Assembly: GCA_000934665.2 (NCBI GenBank)
Contig: JYFJ02001639.1
Span: 1 to 64,000 of the forward strand
Origin: Catajapyx aquilonaris
Taxonomy: Eukaryota
Reading direction: 5' to 3'
Length of the DNA stretch: 64,000 nt
A model generated the notes under the pieces. The model was not told the origin of the DNA, did no database searches, and was given only the letters and a program-made list of their open reading frames with translations. The position numbers and the translations under genes are program-made. Below are positions 31,101 to 44,200 of this stretch, one piece after another (the stretch's first letter is position 1; each line of letters opens with the position of its first letter).

Positions 31101-32538
31101 GGAGAAAGAGGCCTGCCATATCTCATTGTTAGATTCAGAGGAGCACATAGACGAGCATGGCAGAGGCTTCCCTGCATCGTGTTGGATGCAGTTTGTTATA
31201 CTTTTCAAGAGGACGTTCATCTCTATATGGAGAGATCAGGTAATTAAATTTGTTTTTAAGTAACCTGATGAGGTGATGCTAAAATTGCGAACTGCTCGGC
31301 TTCCACACAGTTTAATTTCACGTTGGTTCAAAATTAATTTTAAAAATCATTCAAAACGTTTTAGTCAGAAGAAAAATCACACTAGTTATTCCTATACATA
31401 CGATCCGATCTCTTTGGCATTCCTTCCCTCTTATGAACTGCGCACAACTTGAAGTCGACACTTGTAATTACAGCAATGTCACCCTGCAGCCGTGGTTAAG
31501 CAACACCATTTTTGATAGCACTAATTGTAATGGTTTCAGTCGAAATTAAAGAGCACCCATCCAATTTCAGATGTTGACGGGACTGAGGCTGTCTTCCCAC
31601 ATCGTCGTAGGTCTCCTAATTGGCCTGTTGTACTTTGGAATTGGGAACGAGGCTTCCAAGGTCTTCAGCAACTCTGGATGCCTCTTCTTCTGCATGCTGT
31701 TTCTCATGTTCACTGCCATGATGCCCACAGTTCTTACATGTGAGTTGCTTTGTCTCTAATTACGGGACGGTCAATGTGAAAACCGCTCGTCTTTCTTGCA
31801 GTTCCACTGGAAATGACGGTCCTAGTTAGAGAACATCTTAACTACTGGTACTCCTTGAAGTCCTACTACATTGCCAAAACTATGGCAGACTTCCCATTCC
31901 AGGTATGGTGTCATCAGTATGGTATCCTCATGAGCAGAGATTAATTAGGAATTTCTTTGCAGATATTATTTCCTTTAATTTACGTAGTCATAGTGTACTT
32001 TATGACTGGTCAACCTCTGGACGTCACTCGGTTCTTTCTCTTCGCTCTCATGTGCATCATGAACTCTCTTGTGGCTCAAAGTCTTGGGCTTGTGATTGGA
32101 GCAGCAATGAATATTCAGGTATGCCTCAGCGACATTATGCCAATTGCTTTGGAAATGATTGTGACGCATGTTAAATCACATTATTGTTTACAGGCTGCTG
32201 TGTTTCTGGGGCCTGTGACGACAATACCTATCCTGTTGTTTTCGGGTTTCTTTGTGAACTTTGATGCCATTCCGTCATATCTCCAATGGCTATCGTACAT
32301 CAGTTACGTGCGTTATGGTTTCGAGGGTTCTTTGCTGTCCATCTACAGCAACAACAGGGACCCTCTGCACTGCTCAGAACCATACTGCCATTTTAAATCG
32401 CCACGTAACTTCCTGGAAGAAATGTCAGTTGCAGACTCCAGCTACTGGCTGGACTTCATTGTCCTGCTGGGACTCTTCATTTTCCTCCGCCTCGTCGGGT
32501 ACGCAGTGCTAAGGTGGAAACTACGATCCGAGAGGTGA
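25112..32538 (+). CDS. ABCG1: ABC transporter subfamily G half-transporter (ABCG1/ABCG4/Atet-like)
   Basis: Exons 25112-25168, 25697-25755, 29231-29376, 29450-29567, 29637-29826, 30366-30750, 30845-30988, 31070-31239, 31571-31739, 31802-31902, ~31963-32118 and 32194-32538. Walker [16 protein letters not shown], signature LSGGQRKR, Walker [22 protein letters not shown], then a C-terminal ABC2 membrane domain. A probable non-coding exon ends near 22377 (cag|gtaagt). The two most 5' exons are less certain. Confidence 0.93.
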
Positions 32539-34964
32539 GAATGGTGGTCGCCAGTCCATTTGATCTGGAGACTCGGAGCCAGCAAGTGGACGTTAAATGA
32601 ATTCGTCTCACCGCCTCTGGATACCACCGTGTCCAAAGTTTCAATTATTCGATATTAATAGCGCATACCCTCGTTTTTAAGTATTGCAATTCCTATCACA
32701 GTTGGTCATGCATAAGTTGATATGGGTTCAAGGGTTAAGTCATGTTTCAGATTTATTAATTTTCTGCCCTGCAACATTTCTACATGCGGACACTTTATGA
32801 CAATGTGAATCGAATGTTGCTTAGGTGCAGTACAAATCCCTGCCAAAATTTGTCCTTAACGAACTAAACTCAAAGAGAAAAACCAAAAAGTGTTATCGCA
32901 CAATCCTTCCTGTGTACTAATTCAGAAATTTAGACAACTTTCGTGAATGTTTTGTGCCCTACCCGCTGCTCTAGTTGACACGTAACGATTTGCGAGCCTT
33001 ACTTTGTGAGAGAGCAACGGGAAATACCTTTGGTGTATTGCGTGAGGTATGATATTCCTAGATCGAACATGACCCACCCGCAAAAGTTTTGTTAATTACC
33101 GATGCCACATTCCCTACTTGAATACTCGCACATCCAAAAGTCACAGGTGATAGCAGTTTCATGTATACCTCTTAATTCATGGCCATCGTGTATTTCTGCA
33201 ATTTACTCCTTTGTCACCTTCAGGTGATGCAGTATTATGATTGTATACCATAACTTATTTGCATGTGGTGAGCAATCACTCTTATGGGCATTTAACACTA
33301 CCGAGGCACACGGATCCCCTAAATTAACATTAGACTGTACCGAGAGAGAGTGTATTTTTAAAAATAGGATGTTGAAGATGTGAAAATTTTATGCCAGACC
33401 AAATTGTTTCCCTTCCCCGTTAATACGAATCTACCATTGTCCATAACAGTGAGTTTTCATTGGAAAATTTGTTTTCCCTCGCTTTCTTTTTATCACTTTA
33501 ACTTCCAAATGCAACTGGTCAGCCAACTTCATTATGCTGCTCGTTAATATTTAACAACACCTCAAATGACATTTCCGACTATTCAAATCCCACCTAAGCA
33601 GACCTAGTCGTTTATTCAAATCGAGGGGTGAAAACAGTCTCGTAAGTAGCACAAGTAGCACATGTTGAGCAGGAATTAAATGTGAATGCAATAAATAACC
33701 ATCACGCCTTCAGACATGTGGCATTGTTACTATTTTTGAGTCTATGCAAATAGCTGGTTCAGTACAACATTTTAAAATGGGATGTGATAAGTCCGGCACA
33801 GTTGCCTACTGCTCGTGTCCCTAACGAGATTGATTTCAGCCTACAAGTGCGATACGGTCCTTATCGAGATGAAATTTGCAATTTTCTCATTCATATTTAA
33901 GCTACTCTCTGCACTTTTAAAGCTTTTGTACCTTCAATATAAACAATTCCTTTATCCCAGATCAGCCGATGTGGTGGCAATTAGTGGCACCTCAGCAAAG
34001 GTTAAATCTCGCCCAGCATATATTTTCACTCCAATACGAGCATAATGAGGCTGCTCGCTGACCTGCATAATTACCTCAGCAAGGGTTTTCACGACAAGGG
34101 TTGGGTTTCTCCGAAAGCACTTTTTGTTTGGATCCCACCTAGTACGGTAGAACAGCAACCTCTCGTCTCCTTACGCAAGGAAAAGTTGTTATAGCCAAGT
34201 TGTAACACAAAAAACACTTGTGATACCAATGCACAAATAATGTACATATAATGAACCCCTCCCCATGACCGGTTAGGCATGTGTTTATTGTGCTAGTGTG
34301 TCACTTTAATAGCATTTTTTATATATAAACGAAAGAGAAAAAAACTAAGCATGGTTTACTGAATGAATGGTTTTTATTTTTTCGCTTTTGTGATAGAATG
34401 GTGAGTATATGACCCTTATCAATCATTCCATCTAGAAATAAAGATATCCCAAGTTTACGAGTTTATTTATACAACCTGTTACCACTCTTTAAAAAATTGC
34501 CCACAGCATCATTAGCCGACAGTCCAAGGACTCAGGTTTGTCCGCTCAATATTTTGAATTATAATTTATAATTATTTTTTTTAAAGTATTGAGTACCTTC
34601 TGATATTACTTCAGATCAAGTAAGCTTACCATAATACCTTCACTACAAATAGAACTTATTAAAGTTTCACTAACGTCTAAAAAACTGTGTATCCAGAAAA
34701 AAGGCACAGCACCACTAAATAATTCACAGAGCATGCAACCATGCTCATCATTTATGAGGGAACTATTAAAAGCACAGAGCCACAGTACTAGTGCCAAGTA
34801 ATAAAAATATGATTCGTTTATACTGAGCAATGGCATGTATATTTATCTCTCTTTAACTGGATGCCGTCAGCCAGAAGCCACATGGCCAACTAACAATAAT
34901 ATACTGACATTGCTCTTCACCTTCAAACGCAAACTGTTTATCACACTGTGGTCACATGCAATGC

Positions 34965-36236
34965 TTATAAGTGAGACTGCGGGGTCTCACTTGATTGTCT
35001 CAGCACGTTTTCATGGCCAAACCTTTTCCCTTGCAAGTTGGTGTAGATGTTGACGTGGTACAGGTCACAAAACTCCAGTCGGCGTCCCCTGGGGTACTTT
35101 TGCCTCAAGTCCTCCATGGTTATGTTGAACTGTTCTACATCACTGTCGCCGCAAAGGTCAGGTGCAGCAGGATACAGTTCATCACCTAAATAGACAGTCC
35201 ATTATAAGGAGAGAGCGCATAGAACCTGGTTCAAAATCTGGCCAAAAAAAAAGGAGTCGTCCCACCTGGCAAAATGCTGAGCAAACCATCCGCACAATTC
35301 TTCCTTACAGGCAGAAGCCTTTCCATGCCCAACTTTTCCCTTTCAACCGCAAAATCCAGTAGCGCACTCGCAGTCGGCACCGACAGCAATCTTGACAGCT
35401 CATAAACTTGCGGCGGAGCCAACCAAAATGTCTTAGCGTGATACTGCGACAATGCCTCGGACGGCTTGCTCCACTGAAAATAATATGACCCTTGTATAGG
35501 AGTACATACGACAACAATGTCAATTTAAACTTACATGCATTTTCACAACCTCCTTCTCATCAATCTGTATGCTAGGCATGTCGTCCATGACGGCAATAAA
35601 GAAGGCAGTGTCGTACCGCCTTGGCCCCATGTCACTGGGCGTGAGCCAGTTGCTCCACTCATGCAGTCCCCATAGATCCGGGCAGCATTTGGACTCCCTG
35701 CAGAGCCTGGCAAACTCCTCCGGGCTGTTCCTGACCCTCTCCATCCAGTGTCCCAGCCTATCCACCTCAGTCCTGCTAGCTCCCGGCCCACCCTTTCCCT
35801 TAGTGCAGAGCAGCAGCCCGCACTCCTCAAACGTCTCTCTAATAGCGGATATCCTAAGCGACACCTCCCGAGGCAGCACGTCCTCGGTAGTACCCTCCAC
35901 ATCAAATATAGGCGGCAGTGTCTTACTCCGCTCCCTGGAAGCCATCCGCTGCAAGTCTTTCAAATCCACTCCGACCTGCCTGAACACCTGAAGCCACATG
36001 CTGAGCGATGAGTCCGCAGGCTCTATAACCCCTCCAGGAAACACATGGGCTGAAGGCATGAAGTGAGTCTTATCACTTCTCTCCAGCATCAGCACCCTGT
36101 AGCCTCCTGCACAAAATTTTAATCCCAATTATCTTTAAAATCACACTCAGCCGCACCCGTAACATATACCTGGAGCTGTGTTATTGGCCCCTCTGGAGGC
36201 CAGTATAAGCGATGCTGCTTCTCTCCAGTACTTCAT
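34965..36236 (-). CDS. NUDT19: Nudix hydrolase 19-like (acyl-CoA diphosphatase), peroxisomal
   Basis: Exons 36236-36170, 36106-35535, 35473-35266 and 35185-34965. Motifs WREAASLIL, FMPSAHVFPGG, AIRETFEECG (Nudix box), WSNWLTP..RRYDTAFF, WLAPPQVYELSRL and LPGDELYP. The C-terminus is ...QSHL*, a PTS1. Confidence 0.93.
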
Positions 36237-36350
36237 GATGCGACTAGAGCTACCTCCCCAGGACATACTCAGCCGATAGTCTCGAAGCTATCAATAGATA
36301 ACAACTATCAAAATTGGTGGCGTGTTGATTTTGACGCGCTGCTGTAACAT

Positions 36351-37063
36351 GTGTGCAACTCATTCGGCTCGGAATGAACGCGAGTTGGCTACATATCCAC
36401 ATTTGGGCGGTAAGTACGAAATTTAATTTTTTAAATTTAAAAAAAACAGCGTTTGTCCAGGGTAAGTCATCAGCTAGGTGCCTGTAGTACTACCATTGAC
36501 GAAACTATGAGAGTGGCATCTGTGTGACCCTGGTGTGACCTGGATCAGACCGCCTCCCTGACCACCAATTTCCTTTACCTCCAGCACACATTTTCCTTTA
36601 CCGCCAAACTCCTGACCGCCAATTCCGTTACCGCCAACACACATTTTCCTTTACCGCCAAACTCCTGACCGCCAATTCCGTTACCGCCAACACACATTTT
36701 CCTTTACCGCCAAACTCCTGACCGCCAATTTCCTTTACCTCCAACACACATTTTCCTTTACCGCCAAACTCCTGACCGCCAATTTCATTTACCGCCAATA
36801 GTCGGGACTTTTGGCTGTTAAGCAAAATGTGCGTTAGCGGTAAAGGAAATTGGCTGTCAGGGAATCGGTCCGATCCAGGTCACACAGATGCAACTCTCAG
36901 AGTTTAGTCAATGGTAGTACTACAGGCACCTAGCTGATGACTTACCCTGGACAAACCCGGGTTTTTCAAAAATTAAAAAAAAAAAAAAAACATTTCGTAC
37001 TTCCCTCCCAAATGTGGATATGTAGCCAATTCGCGTTCATTCCGAGCCGAATGAGTTTGACAC
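36351..37063. mobile_element. Foldback/MITE with ~200-bp inverted arms and an internal 53-bp tandem array
   Basis: About 36351-36545 is the reverse complement of about 36870-37063 (e.g. tttgtccagggtaagtcatcagctaggtgcctgtagtactaccattgac). Four 53-54 bp units lie inside, with cacacattttcc at 36585, 36638, 36691 and 36745. The right end reads cagtgtcaaactc on the minus strand (hAT-like). No TSD seen. Confidence 0.85.
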
Positions 37064-37533
37064 TGACCGCCAATTTCCTTTACCGACTTTTGGCGGTAAA
37101 GAAAATTGGCGGTCTGGCAGGCGACCCACCTGGATCGCATCAACCAGTGAACAAAGTGTGATTCGAGTCGACTTTATTTCTAATTGCTAAGGACATTCAA
37201 ATAGGACAACAATGACATATAATGCCGGTTTCCCGTGGCGCGGACACGCGAAAATAACCGGAAGTTGGGCCAGAATCCGAATCCGAAAACAGTTTGATGA
37301 TATTCTAATGCGGTTTTTTTTTTGGCCGTGATGCCTGTCGATGAGAAAAGGTGTCAAAAAGAGGCCACCGCCTGACCTCAACCGTCCCTCAAATTTTTTG
37401 GTGCCGCAATTTCATCCAACTGGCACCACTGATTGTGACAGGAAGAACCCAATTGATTGGGGGCCAGTCAGTTGGAAACGTCACCGACAGACAGAGAAGA
37501 GAGGAAGTTATAAAAGCAGTTTGGAAGTTGGAG

Positions 37534-38768
37534 ATGGCCATGGCAGAAGCCACTGATTGTCTCTTATTCAGAAGAAGACCTCATCTCCTTCTTCTACTCT
37601 GTCTGGCCGTGGCTTTTGGTCAGTTTGTGTCATCTTATCGGGGGTTTCTTGTTTGGTGAACAATCATTGAGTTCTTGCAGGGTGCTTGTCCCTCGTTGTA
37701 GGTCTTGGCCAAGAGGACAACTTTCGGTTCGAGGTGGACGTCGGAGAGTCGGTCATCTTCAACTGTCAGGTCTACTACCCTCAGGGACGACCCACCCCCT
37801 TCGTGGTCCAATGGATCAAAGAGGTAAGCTATCACACAGCACGAATCGCCCTGGAAAATCCCATGGATATCCAGTGGATATCTATATGGGATTTTCCAGG
37901 GAGATTCGTGTGCTACTTGGGGGTGTTTCATAATTCAACCGACAAACTTCTAGTGTGAACTAATGGGCATCAGCTGTCTATAGGAGGGGAAGTAAAGCAG
38001 TCGGTCCCGTGTGCTTGTGACATTGCGCGAGTGCACGTTAAAGATCCCCAGAGTGGCCAAATTTCCAGGAGGAGGGCGGTGTTGAGCCTTAGCAGCAGAA
38101 ATATGCTGCCGTTAAGCCCCCACTGATAAAGTTCTACGATTATGAAACACCCTGTGTGTGTATATCCACAGGGTCTGGATGTTCCTGTGTTCATCTGGTA
38201 CGAGAACTATCCGACTCACATCGGCGAAGGTTTCGAAGGACGAGCCAGTCGAGTGACGGATGACCCAGACTACGGCACAGCCTCTCTCAACCTGACCAAC
38301 ATCCGACCTTCTGACCAGGGGTCGTACCAGTGCCAGGTGACCTTTCTCAACAGAGCGTCTGAGCCGGACCAGAATGGCACCTGGTTTCATCTGGTGGTCA
38401 GACGTGACCCAAACGAGGTCACATCCAGCACCACCTCAGGTCCAATGTTTGCCACAACTCTTCTGGTCATGACATGTACGCTGCTTTACTAATAAATGGC
38501 GTACCTTACCGGCTTGTTTTGTCTCTTTTCCGCAGCGAGTAAGTCGTCTGCGCCTGGCAAGAAGAGCACCAATAACGAGGTGGAGATACCGATGACCAGC
38601 ACTTCTGCACCTACAGCCTCCTCCAGTTCTCCTTGGAAGGTTAAGCCAGGAAGTCCTTCAGGATTTAGCGTGCGACTTAGTTTCGTTTCCTTCGGGATGG
38701 ACGATTTGGCCGCGTCCACACTGTTCAGACGACTGGAAGGTCAGTGGGGACCTGTAGCAAAAATATGA
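37534..38768 (+). CDS. Secreted single Ig (V-set) domain protein similar to the first Ig domain of Turtle/IGSF9/Borderless; 3' end uncertain
   Basis: Exons 37534-37618 (signal peptide), 37681-37823, 38172-38439 and 38536 onward. GESVIFNC..P..VVQW / PVFIWYENYPTHIGEGFEGRASRV..GTASLNLTNIRPSDQGSYQCQVTFLNR...NGTWFHL matches recalled Turtle Ig1, followed by an S/T-rich tail. The end is either read-through to 38768 or splicing to about 39629-39791. Confidence 0.8.
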
Positions 38769-40844
38769 AGATATTATAGTCACATATGTACGAGCACAAC
38801 CGAGTGCGCACCACAGTTCGCGCAGCGTGCACGGTTGGCATTAAGAATTTGTTTCCAAGCGCGACGTTGCCAAGGCTAAGAGGTGTGAGTTATTTTTTTG
38901 GCCCCATCTGGCAACGCAGTTGTCGTAACAATTGCGCGAATGTGGATGCGCACTCGGTTGCGCTCGTTAAAAATTATATAAGACCAGATTTGCAATATGA
39001 AATCATAATAATTCTCTAATTTTAAAACCCTTTTTAAGAACACGCTTTATGAGGTAGCGAACTCGATTGTCACTCCACCGTCTGGCGTGGAGGTTGCGAA
39101 CTCACCCACTCACGTGACTACTACCGCTAGATGGTGTGGAGGTTGCGAAGTTAACGTGAATACCAATCGCTAGATGGTGCGGGAATGGCTTACTCGCACA
39201 TCCGTGGCGGTGAAGCTAATATAAGAGCGTATAAAAATATATAAAATTGGCTTGGGTCTGTTCCTCTGTCCGCGGTGAGTCATCAGTAGTGTGCGCCATC
39301 TATGTGAGAGAGTCCGGAAAGGTACAGTGTTGCCAAGAGGGATTCACATCGTAGATCATAATAAAATCAACGGGGTACCAAGAATTCTCGATGGCAATAA
39401 TGAGCAACTTCCGCTCGCATTTCCGGTGTAATGTTTGTCCTGCGGTGCACTTTCGAGGGTTCAGGTCACACGCCAGCGGATCCAATTATCTCAGTAACGA
39501 GGTGTACCTGGCCAACTAAACAAATCCGTTTAAATGGTCCTCGAGTGACTGGGGAATTCGCTCTAATTGAGATGCAAGGCTTTTTTTCCCATGCTGTATG
39601 TGACTTGTACTGCATTTTCTCATTACAGGTATGTTAAAGCAAGTAGATACACAGTTGCAGAAGAACGAGAATACCCCCAAGACGTCATCATTCCAACTTC
39701 TGACAGACAGACTTCCGGAATAATTGTCGCATTGTTGGCAGATAAAAATAAAGAATCACACACACACACACCAATGCATATGACTGTATGAATTTAAATT
39801 TTTTTTCGCAGTGCAAAGTACAGCGACGCTCTAAAATCATGGCGGTAAGTGACTATAGTTACTGATATTACATGACCCCTTTTCGCAGATTGCATATCCG
39901 CAAAATTGCATACTATACATCATACGCCAAGATAATCTGTAGTATTGTCATTTGCAGTAATCTAACTAGAGACGTCATTGGCTTTTGTTACATTGTTGGA
40001 AGTCATTGTTGCGAAGTCATTGTATATGACCGTCAGAATACAGAGCAATGTCAATCAGGTATTTGCGCTAGTTAGTTACGCTATTAGATCAGCCAAACTT
40101 TCGCGGGACGAAAGTTGCTCTCACCACGGTATAGCCGAAAAAGATTTTTTTTTACCGTAACCAATTTTACGCACTAATTGTATCGAACGAAAATTGTACT
40201 GCTACTATGAAAAGCAATGTTATTTATTGAAGTTCATTATACGAAAACATGTAATGATGCAAATTGTAGTCGTGACACTGACCTCAACGAATCTGATGAT
40301 AGGGTTACTAGGTCACTCGTCGTTTCATAACAATTTCACAGTATATGACAGAGATTATTTCAAGTCATGACCTTCTTTGCATTCAGTTCCAAGAACTACC
40401 CCAGCAGTCAGAGGTTGCATCAAGCCTGCCAATATTATGCTAAAAATTGCGGCTAACCTGCGCTTCTCATTAAACGGTTAAAAAAAATATGTATGGTGCA
40501 TGCATATTCATTCAAAGTTACGTGCAGTACCAATCGGCACCACTTCGCAGAAAACGTGACAATGCCTGGAAGGCCAAGAAAATCTCCCTTTGTCTTAACA
40601 AAAAAAAGAGAGGGTCATTTGTCTTATTCGTAGTACTGTACCGGTTATTATCTCAACACAAGCAAAATCCCACACGGATTTGTGACGTCACATTTTTTTC
40701 AGGTTTTTGTCATGTCAACTAAATGGAGGCGTCATAAGTGACGTCACATACCACATACCTTACTTCTAAATATGGGTTTAATACCTGTATACAAGAATTG
40801 TAAGCATGAATGTGCAAAGCTGGCTATTTGTCAATGATATAATA

Positions 40845-41100
40845 ATTTATAACAAATAATAATATATTAATAATATGACAATGAATAAGACGTAATAATA
40901 TATTAATAATATGACAATGAACAAGACAAATAATAATATATCAATAATATGACAATAAGATAACACAAATTATGAAGAAACAATAACCATACAAAGTAAC
41001 ATGTAATAAAATTACAATTAACGTAAATAATAATCCACATAAGAGCCATAATTTTGAAGTAAATCGTTAATAATAATGAATAGTACCGTAACATAATAAA
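40845..41100. repeat. AT-rich low-complexity tandem repeat
   Basis: Repeated aataatatattaataatatgacaatgaa units. Confidence 0.6.
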
Positions 41101-41135
41101 GACAGTACTTAAGTAGCGTTAAAATCATTACAGTA

Positions 41136-41200
41136 TTTTATTTATTTATTTATTTAATCTAGCCCGTGATAGAGCAGTGCTCTCTTGGGGGGGGGGGGGG
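41136..41200 (-). mobile_element. 5'-truncated retroposon 3' end with (TAAA)n tail and TSD
   Basis: 65-bp insert between 12-bp direct repeats atcattacagta (41124-41135 and 41201-41212). The minus strand reads poly-C, hairpin agagc-act-gctct, then (taaa)n. Confidence 0.65.
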
Positions 41201-44200
41201 ATCATTACAGTAAATAGTAAATAATTAGCAATACTTATATAGTATAGCCTATACTAGAATATTCCATAAAAGTAAATGAATGAATTAAAATAAATAATGG
41301 ACCTCCCCCACCACCTATATTTCCATATAAGGATGTCATTTTTTCCCTCCATGTAAATTAGGAGGCGTGGGGTCACTTTCGTGACGTCAATGGCCCCAAA
41401 CCATTCTATTTCTAAATATGGAGCATTCCGGATGTATTATTTTTTTTTAAAAATAATTTAAGAACGTCTTGCCGGCACCATTAATGCTGTAATTGTAAGT
41501 CTGGGTGTTTCAAGGTCTCTTCTTTTTTTTTATGTAGTTACCCCCTATCGTGAACTATAGCGCGTAATATATACCTGAGCGTGGGCAGTATGTTGTTCGC
41601 ATTACGTCATGACAGGTATGAGTGATTACCGTCCGACAGATCCTTAAGCGACACACCAATAATTATATATATAAAAAAACCTTAACAAAAAAAAAGATGC
41701 AACGAGAGCATACCGGTTCTAAAGCGTCGGTTCATCAATGTGCAATTTACGAGCCATTTTATCGCGTGCTATAGAAACGTGATTCAGCGTCCTTGAAGAT
41801 GCCTTTTGCGTCATTGTTTTTGCATATCGTATTTCGGAATGAAAATAAGGCACAATATGCCTTATTTCGACTCAAAAAAGAAAAATTACATGTGCGCCCC
41901 GGAGGGTATTTCGAGTGTATGAAGTAATCTTCTTCGGAAAGCACGTACGAGTGTCTTTCAGTGTCACGGATATTCTTGTTTTTCATGGAGGCGCCTATGT
42001 GGCGATAGACCCTGCAGAACTGGATTTTTAGGTAAGACTCGGATGGACAAGATATGAGACCACCCATGAGCCTCGACATACACACACACAAAAATAATAA
42101 ATAAATGAATAATAAATATTGCATGCCATTTGTGGCTTAACTTTTCGGTCATTTATATAGCAGAAGTATGCAGATTTCGCCTTTGGGTAGCCTGGGCTTA
42201 ACTAAATTTCGACATTTTGACACATTATTGCCTATTTTGCAGATATGTAATCAAAAACTCGAGTCGTCAGCTTTTGATTTGAATTTTTTATATGTATAAT
42301 TATTTACGCTATATTTATTTAAATTGTCAGCCTACTGCCACATAGGCCAACAATAGTTGGCTGCGACACTGTTTTTCCCGGAAGCACACATACGTAACCA
42401 TCCTAAAGGTCAGTAACTCTACACACGAGCCAAATACAGCGTCGCATGACCTCACCCTTGACCAAGAATAAATTTTCCTTAACGAAAAATTGCGCATCCT
42501 ATTACCCAACGGTGTAATCGATGCCTTCCTACTATATTGTAGCACCTGTAGGTGTGTTAAGAGGCGGAAGATGTGGGCGACCCCAAAAACACCTCCAATG
42601 TCCGTACAAAACCAACTTCCTCAAACATATCCCTGCGCATTTGGCAGCATCTCTAGGATCCTCCACATCAGGTACGTCTTTTATTGCACATCATAAAATT
42701 CAAACCATGTATGATTTTGCAATTTTTTGGTCTGAATGACAGTGTGAATCACTGACGGTTGTTGTGACTCATCTTCAGGCAATATGTGACACGCCCATTG
42801 GGTATGCTCATATTTTTAGCCATTATGAGCCAGCCAGGATTTTCTGATTTGAATGGAAGTTCTATAATATGGCCGGAAACGTCTGTAGTTATCATAATTC
42901 AACCAAGCCACCCCTAAGGGTACCTCTCCTTGTTTCGTGATCGCAGGTCATCCCCTAATGGCACGAACAATCCTGCTCCAATTGACCCTGACTTTGAAAC
43001 TTCCTTCCCTTCCAGCCCTGGATTGCTCTAAGGGCCAGCATGGCTGCACATCATAAAAAAAAGACAAGGCCACAGGTGGGAAAACACCTTGAGAATAATC
43101 TTCCGTCACTGGGGAACATTCGGGACAAAAAAAACTACATGGGTGCCTATGTTATTTATTGAACACCCTGTACTTCTAAATCATGACACGTCACAATAAT
43201 ATGAACGTCACAATTCGTCTTGCTCTACATATCTGTCTTTTGTTCGTTTCCGGGCACTATATATTCATATCTTTTGAATATTTCTCCCCCCCCCCNCCCC
43301 CCCCCCCTTCCTATTCTAAAGTGCCCTATTGTTTCCGTAACAAAAAAAAAAACCAGCTTGATAGGCACAGGTCAAGTATTCTAGTTATTTCTCCTTGTAT
43401 TAAATGCGAAGAATGCGAGGCATTTCGCAACAGCTATTTTGCAAGAGTTCCCCCTCCCCATAAGTCACAGGAATTATCCTGCAAAGTTGGCAACCATGGT
43501 CGGGTCATCCGGGCAGAAAGGGCATGGGAATTCCCAAACCTTTCAGAAAACAGTAGGGGGCAGGGCTTGACTGGAGTTATGAGCAATTTCCTCGGACGCA
43601 GCACGTGAACACATATTTTGCAGGAAGCTCATATGTGTACATAAGCACAAGTTCAAGACGTGAGAAGGCATTGTTTGCTCTATAGCTTCCCCCCCAAAAA
43701 ATTTCAAGAAACACAAATGAAAACTTGGGACAAAATCTAGCCAAAGATTACAAACTAGAATTCATATAAAGGTCCTATAATGTTAAAAAAAATTAAGCCC
43801 AAATCATGTCACTTAACCCAGAAGGCCACGAATCACTTTTTGCTGAATTTTAGAAAAGTTTATTTTTATGAGCAAATGAAGGACTAATAAATAACTTTAA
43901 AAAATCGTACAGCTGTACTATAAATAGGACACCAGAACCATAGTTGCAGATGGTTAGCTACGAATATTAAATTAGCGACATTAAATTTTAAATAATCTTT
44001 TTTTGGATCAACCTGTACACGACTCTCTCTCTCTACAAAAAAAAAAAAATGTCAAGCAGGCACTTAGGCAGGTCTTAACATTCCTGTGTTAAGTCGGCTG
44101 ACGGGTAGGATTAGAAGACAAAATGTGGTGTGGACCGAATAGGTCAAGGACACCATGGGAATTCCCTTTACAAATATAAAAACGAGCGTCCTTCTTCCTG

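Noticed and set aside
36560..36800. Regular 53-bp repeats superficially like a CRISPR array
   Set aside because: No unique spacers, eukaryotic context, and enclosed within a foldback element.
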